The position numbers and the translations under genes are program-made. A stretch of 64,000 nt of DNA from Stylophora pistillata (taxonomy: Eukaryota), in NCBI RefSeq assembly GCF_002571385.2, contig NW_019217804.1, forward strand, positions 965,450 through 1,029,449, written 5' to 3'. How positions within the stretch are numbered: the first letter of the stretch is position 1; each line of letters starts with the position of its first letter. This document shows positions 59,948 to 64,000 of the stretch, piece by piece. The notes below the pieces were generated by a model. The model was given only the letters and a program-made list of their open reading frames with translations, was not told the origin of the DNA and ran no database searches.

Positions 59948-60658
59948 AAATTCAAAGGAAACATAGATATATTCGTCTATAAGCTGAGATTTTGCAGGCA
60001 GAAGTAAATAACAAAACAAGTTGAAGTTGGTCATTGACTTTATTTATGTGGTTGCCTCCAAAGGAGTTGTTTGTTGTTTTCAGCGTGTAGCAAATATGGC
60101 TTACTGTTTGTCCTCAGTGTTGGCGTGGAATTCGTTATCCTTCTCCTTATCCGCTAGTTCTGACCTTTATTCCGAGTTCAGAATTAACCATTCCCATGAT
60201 TGGTAAACAAACTCGTCACATGTTACAGTGTTAAAGTTTGTGATCATGTAAAAAGAAAACTTACCTTGGCTTCTCTGCTCTGTAAACCAGTCAAGTAATC
60301 TCTCATCCAGCAGCGGATATTTTCCAGTGTAATGACCTATCATTGTGCATTTCGCTGACATCTCGCGCTCTCCATTAAAGAGGTTCTCTTGATCTTTACT
60401 CTAGCGACTCACTGATGACGTATTCTTTGGTTATCTTGGAATTGTCTTTCAACAGTAATACTGCATTGAAACTCTTTTCAGTTTTGAAACTTTTGTGTTC
60501 TTTCAGTTTGTCCAAGAATGGAATTCTCTGAATATGGTCTCAGGTTATAGCCAAGTATTTTCAATTTACATGTTTTAAAAACCTTCCCAATTAAAACAGA
60601 CCAAAATTTAGGGTCTCAGCTTCTAGCCAAGTTCAGCTTATTGACGAATAAATACGGT
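59565..60658 (-). mobile_element. Older pogo-like non-autonomous element related to 12331-13608
   Basis: Degenerate TIRs (CTGTATTTATTCATCTATAAG / CTTATTGACGAATAAATACGG) and MSAK...KYPLLDERLLDWFTEQRSQG|gtaag, homologous to exon 1 of the first copy. Confidence 0.72.
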
Positions 60659-61399
60659 TAAAGCCATTTTTAATCGCATTAACGGCATCAAATTTGCGCA
60701 GTTCTTAATTTTGCTTGGTGTTTGCTTTTCTTCTGGAACTTATTTTTGCAGATAAAGTACCACCGGCAAAATTTAACACCTGCAAAATAATAGTGCTACA
60801 TGGTGTGTTCGTGAAATCCCATTTTGCAATTCTTTGTGACTTCTGCCACACAGCTGAATAGCAGCTTCTGCAGTGGTCTTTTCCAAATTTGGTTCTTGTG
60901 TGTGACTAACTCTTGAGAATGCGTGTTTGTGTTCATGGACTTGTTAAAAATTATCAGAAAATATGGCTGGAACTAATTGTTCAATCAAAATTTAATATCT
61001 GACTTGCCATATTTTTCTTAAAAAAAAATAAAAACCTGAAACAATCTTAAACCATTGATTTACTTGAGAGGTAACACTGAACTCCAGTTGTAACAAATTT
61101 GAGCTCTGGTCAATTTCTAATCAATGTTCAGATACTTTGCTCTGCATAGATTGTCCCTGGTGTATTATTCCTTCGGTTGTGTTGTCAGCTAAATTAAGGT
61201 AGAAATGACCAGATATACAGTGAGAAGAGTTATTGTTTTGTCAAGCAAGTTTAGCAATTCTTTCCAGACCGATACTTTCTTGTTTAATTGTTAAATGTTA
61301 GCATTTTTTATGACATGGAATTTGAGTAGCTAAATCAAGTCTTATATTAACCAAAGCACACAATTAGCAGTGGATAAAGTTCTTTTCTGACTTCTATAA

Positions 61400-63337
61400 T
61401 AATAGTAATAATAATAATAATAATAATAATTAAATATTTAACGAGGGAGTCCAACTCGCCATGGCGGTTTTCAGTGGGGCCCTCATTAACTAACTAATTA
61501 AATTACATACATACATACTTTATTGAGACTCCCTTCAACAGGTCTTTAAGGTCACAATGTTAACTAACTTATTTACTCTAATTTAATTAAAATCAAATGT
61601 ATTTAAAATCATTCAAAGTATATCCAAATTTACTACATATAGAACATATTGTTAAAAAGTTTCCGCTTAAAAATATCAATATCTTTAGTATTCCTAATGT
61701 TGTCAGGTAGACCATTCCATTCCTGTGGGCCGCGAAAATAAAATGCCCTTTGTCCCATCGACAATCTACATTGGGGGATCACAAAATCATTACATCCCCT
61801 TGTGTTCCTATTGTGAACTGCTGAACGCTTAACAAAATATTTACATAAATAGTCTGGAGCTAAACCATTTACACCTTTATATGCTAAAACTAAATCATGA
61901 AATTAATTTAGCTAATTAACTTAATTGATAAAATAATAATAGTAATAATAATAACAATAACAATCATAAATAGATAAAATAAAATGTGTTTATAAATAAA
62001 TTAAAATGAGTCAAAATCTTAAAATCAACAACAAATTGAAATATCAAAGTTTAAAATTAATCAAAATCTTTTAAAAAAGTTTTTAGCTTGGATTTAAAAA
62101 TAGATAACAGATTTGTTTCTTTCAAATCAGTTGGAAGACTATTCGAGTCTTTTGCAGCTTGATAAATAAATGTTTGTTTACCCCAGTTAGTTTGAGGAAG
62201 GGGTAAACAAAGATCATTGGAACGTCTTGTGTTATATGAATGGACAGCTTGATTTTTGATGAAATTAAAGTTAAAATCAGTTTCCCCGATCAGACATTTG
62301 TGGATTGCAATGCAGTGATGAAAAAACCTTCTTGTGGAAAGCGACATGAGATCTAAACTCCTTAGTGCTTCGGTTGACGAGCTTCAAGGTGGGAGCCCCA
62401 GCAGAACTTTAGCAGCTTTATTCTGTAGGATCTGTAATCCTGACATTATGGTCTTATTATTCTTGTCCCCCCATATAACATCTCCGTTGTCGAAAAGAGG
62501 GAGGATTAGGGTATTGTACAAGGTAACTCTAGTTTGTAGTGGCAATACGATCCTTGGATTAATCTTCGAGCTGATAGCATCAACATGATCTGTCCATGAC
62601 ATAGATTTGTTGAATGTCACACTGAGGTACTTGAATGATTGTGTTCTCTCAATACAAGTTTCCTCTACTTTAATCAAAACATCTTGAATGCAATTCAGTT
62701 TCTGAGGACTTCCAAAGGTAACAAAATTGCATTTGGATATATTTAGAGTAAGGAGATTTCTAGAGAACCACTCAGACCCCATTTGTAAATCAGCATTGAT
62801 GTGATGTTTAGGATCACTGACGTTTTTCGACGAGTAATAGATTACATTATTATCCAACTACACCTAAACGAGTACGAATAACACCATAGACGAGTACAAA
62901 TGACTCATCTATTGTAGTACCAGTTAAACTGGTTTTCTTGCATCGCGCAAAAATTGGATTGTAGTTACGGGAAAAAAAAGTGGCGGACAATTTCAATCAT
63001 ATTTTGCGACGACGAAGAGTCAGAATGGCTGGCAAATATAGATCCAAGTTCATTTGATGAATCGAACGAAGAAAAACAGCTTGATGACCAGAAAATTTCT
63101 TCATTTAATGAAGAAAATAGAAACAGCAACACAACAACGCGCCAATTCCGTTCCGCTCCGCTTCGCATACTTCTGTCACACTCCCGTAAATAAATATCTG
63201 CAAAATTCGCCCACAGAAACAAAAGTTTGGCGTGTTGAATAATAAATAACTTATCAGACATTTTGTTGTGTAGTATTGCTGAGTATTTTTCTCGTTATTT
63301 GTATTTTGACCCACCCTACGGGCTCGTCAAAATATGA

Positions 63338-63369
<32 letters not shown>

Positions 63370-64000
63370 CAACAAAACGTCTAATAAGATACATGTATCA
63401 TCCGCGTAAAGAGTAATATCAGTTGCCAGATGACAATCTGGAAGATCATTCACATAAATCAAAAAGAGTAGAGGTTTCATTATACTGCCTTAGGGTGCCC
63501 TGACAGGCATTTCATTAACTGCAGAGTGAGCATCTCCAACCGATGTGATTTGTGACCTGTTTGTGAGATAGGATCTAAACCACTGGGTGGTAGAACTGGT
63601 AAGACCGATGTTCGTCAGCTTTCGTAGTAGCAAGTGATGATCCACAGTATCAAAGGCCTTAGATAGGTCTAAAAAAACAGCACCTACAAAGGAACCAGCA
63701 TCCATATTCTGAAGGATATTGTCTGTGAAATGAGCCAAAGCTGTCCCGGTTGATAACTTCGGTCTGAAACCAAATTGTTTGGATGTAATGATTTCATTAT
63801 TCTTAAGATAAGCATACAGTTGGATATGCATGGCTTTTTCTAGGATTTTACTTATCGTTAGCAGTACAGTAATGGGCCTGTAATTGTTAGCATCGCAGCG
63901 ATGACCTTTCTTGAATAATGCTGTAATTTTTCTAAATTTCCAAAGGAAAGGAAAGATGCGAGTTTAAAGGGAAAGATTGAATAATCTAGTTAGGCTGGCA
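61400..64000 (-). mobile_element. Degenerate L2-type LINE (RT to 3' tail), interrupted by a second L2 tail (~61505-61900) and a Crypton-like insert
   Basis: QFGFRPKLST, FLDLSKAFD, YADD, LQILQNKAAK and TNWGKQ motifs, with a (TAA)n tail at ~61400-61430. Confidence 0.82.
62850..63395 (+). mobile_element. Non-autonomous Crypton-like element with a long subterminal palindrome
   Basis: Interrupts the LINE RT directly after YADD. It has a short acidic coding remnant (..FNEENRNSNTT) and a ~140-bp imperfect palindrome at 63250-63388. Confidence 0.5.

Overview
This is AT-rich eukaryotic DNA made almost entirely of nested transposable elements, with no recognisable host gene. The element mix suggests a cnidarian, probably a stony coral (inference). 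From left to right it holds piggyBac, R4/Dong-like RLE retrotransposon, BEL/Pao and KolobokH-type fragments, then a decayed Polinton/adintovirus-like endogenous virus (pPolB plus A32 ATPase) interrupted by a pogo element. Next is a Gypsy element split by a LINE with an intact ORF and by a two-LTR BEL element, followed by LINE/SINE/MITE debris. A 15.9-kb Sola3 transposon (TTAA TSD, ~680-bp TIRs) carries an intact-ORF hAT element inside its left TIR and a Merlin-type element in its first intron. The most notable observation is in that Merlin-type element. It holds two intronless, divergently transcribed genes, an IS1595/Merlin transposase and a Zn-finger/coiled-coil CCDC106-like protein. Each ends 22-25 nt after its stop codon in an identical histone-mRNA-type stem-loop plus ACCA and a purine-rich element, and they share a CCAAT/TATA-rich spacer. 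This suggests a transposon that mimics replication-dependent histone genes. Boundaries without a TSD or TIR are approximate, and all family assignments come from motif recognition rather than database searches.
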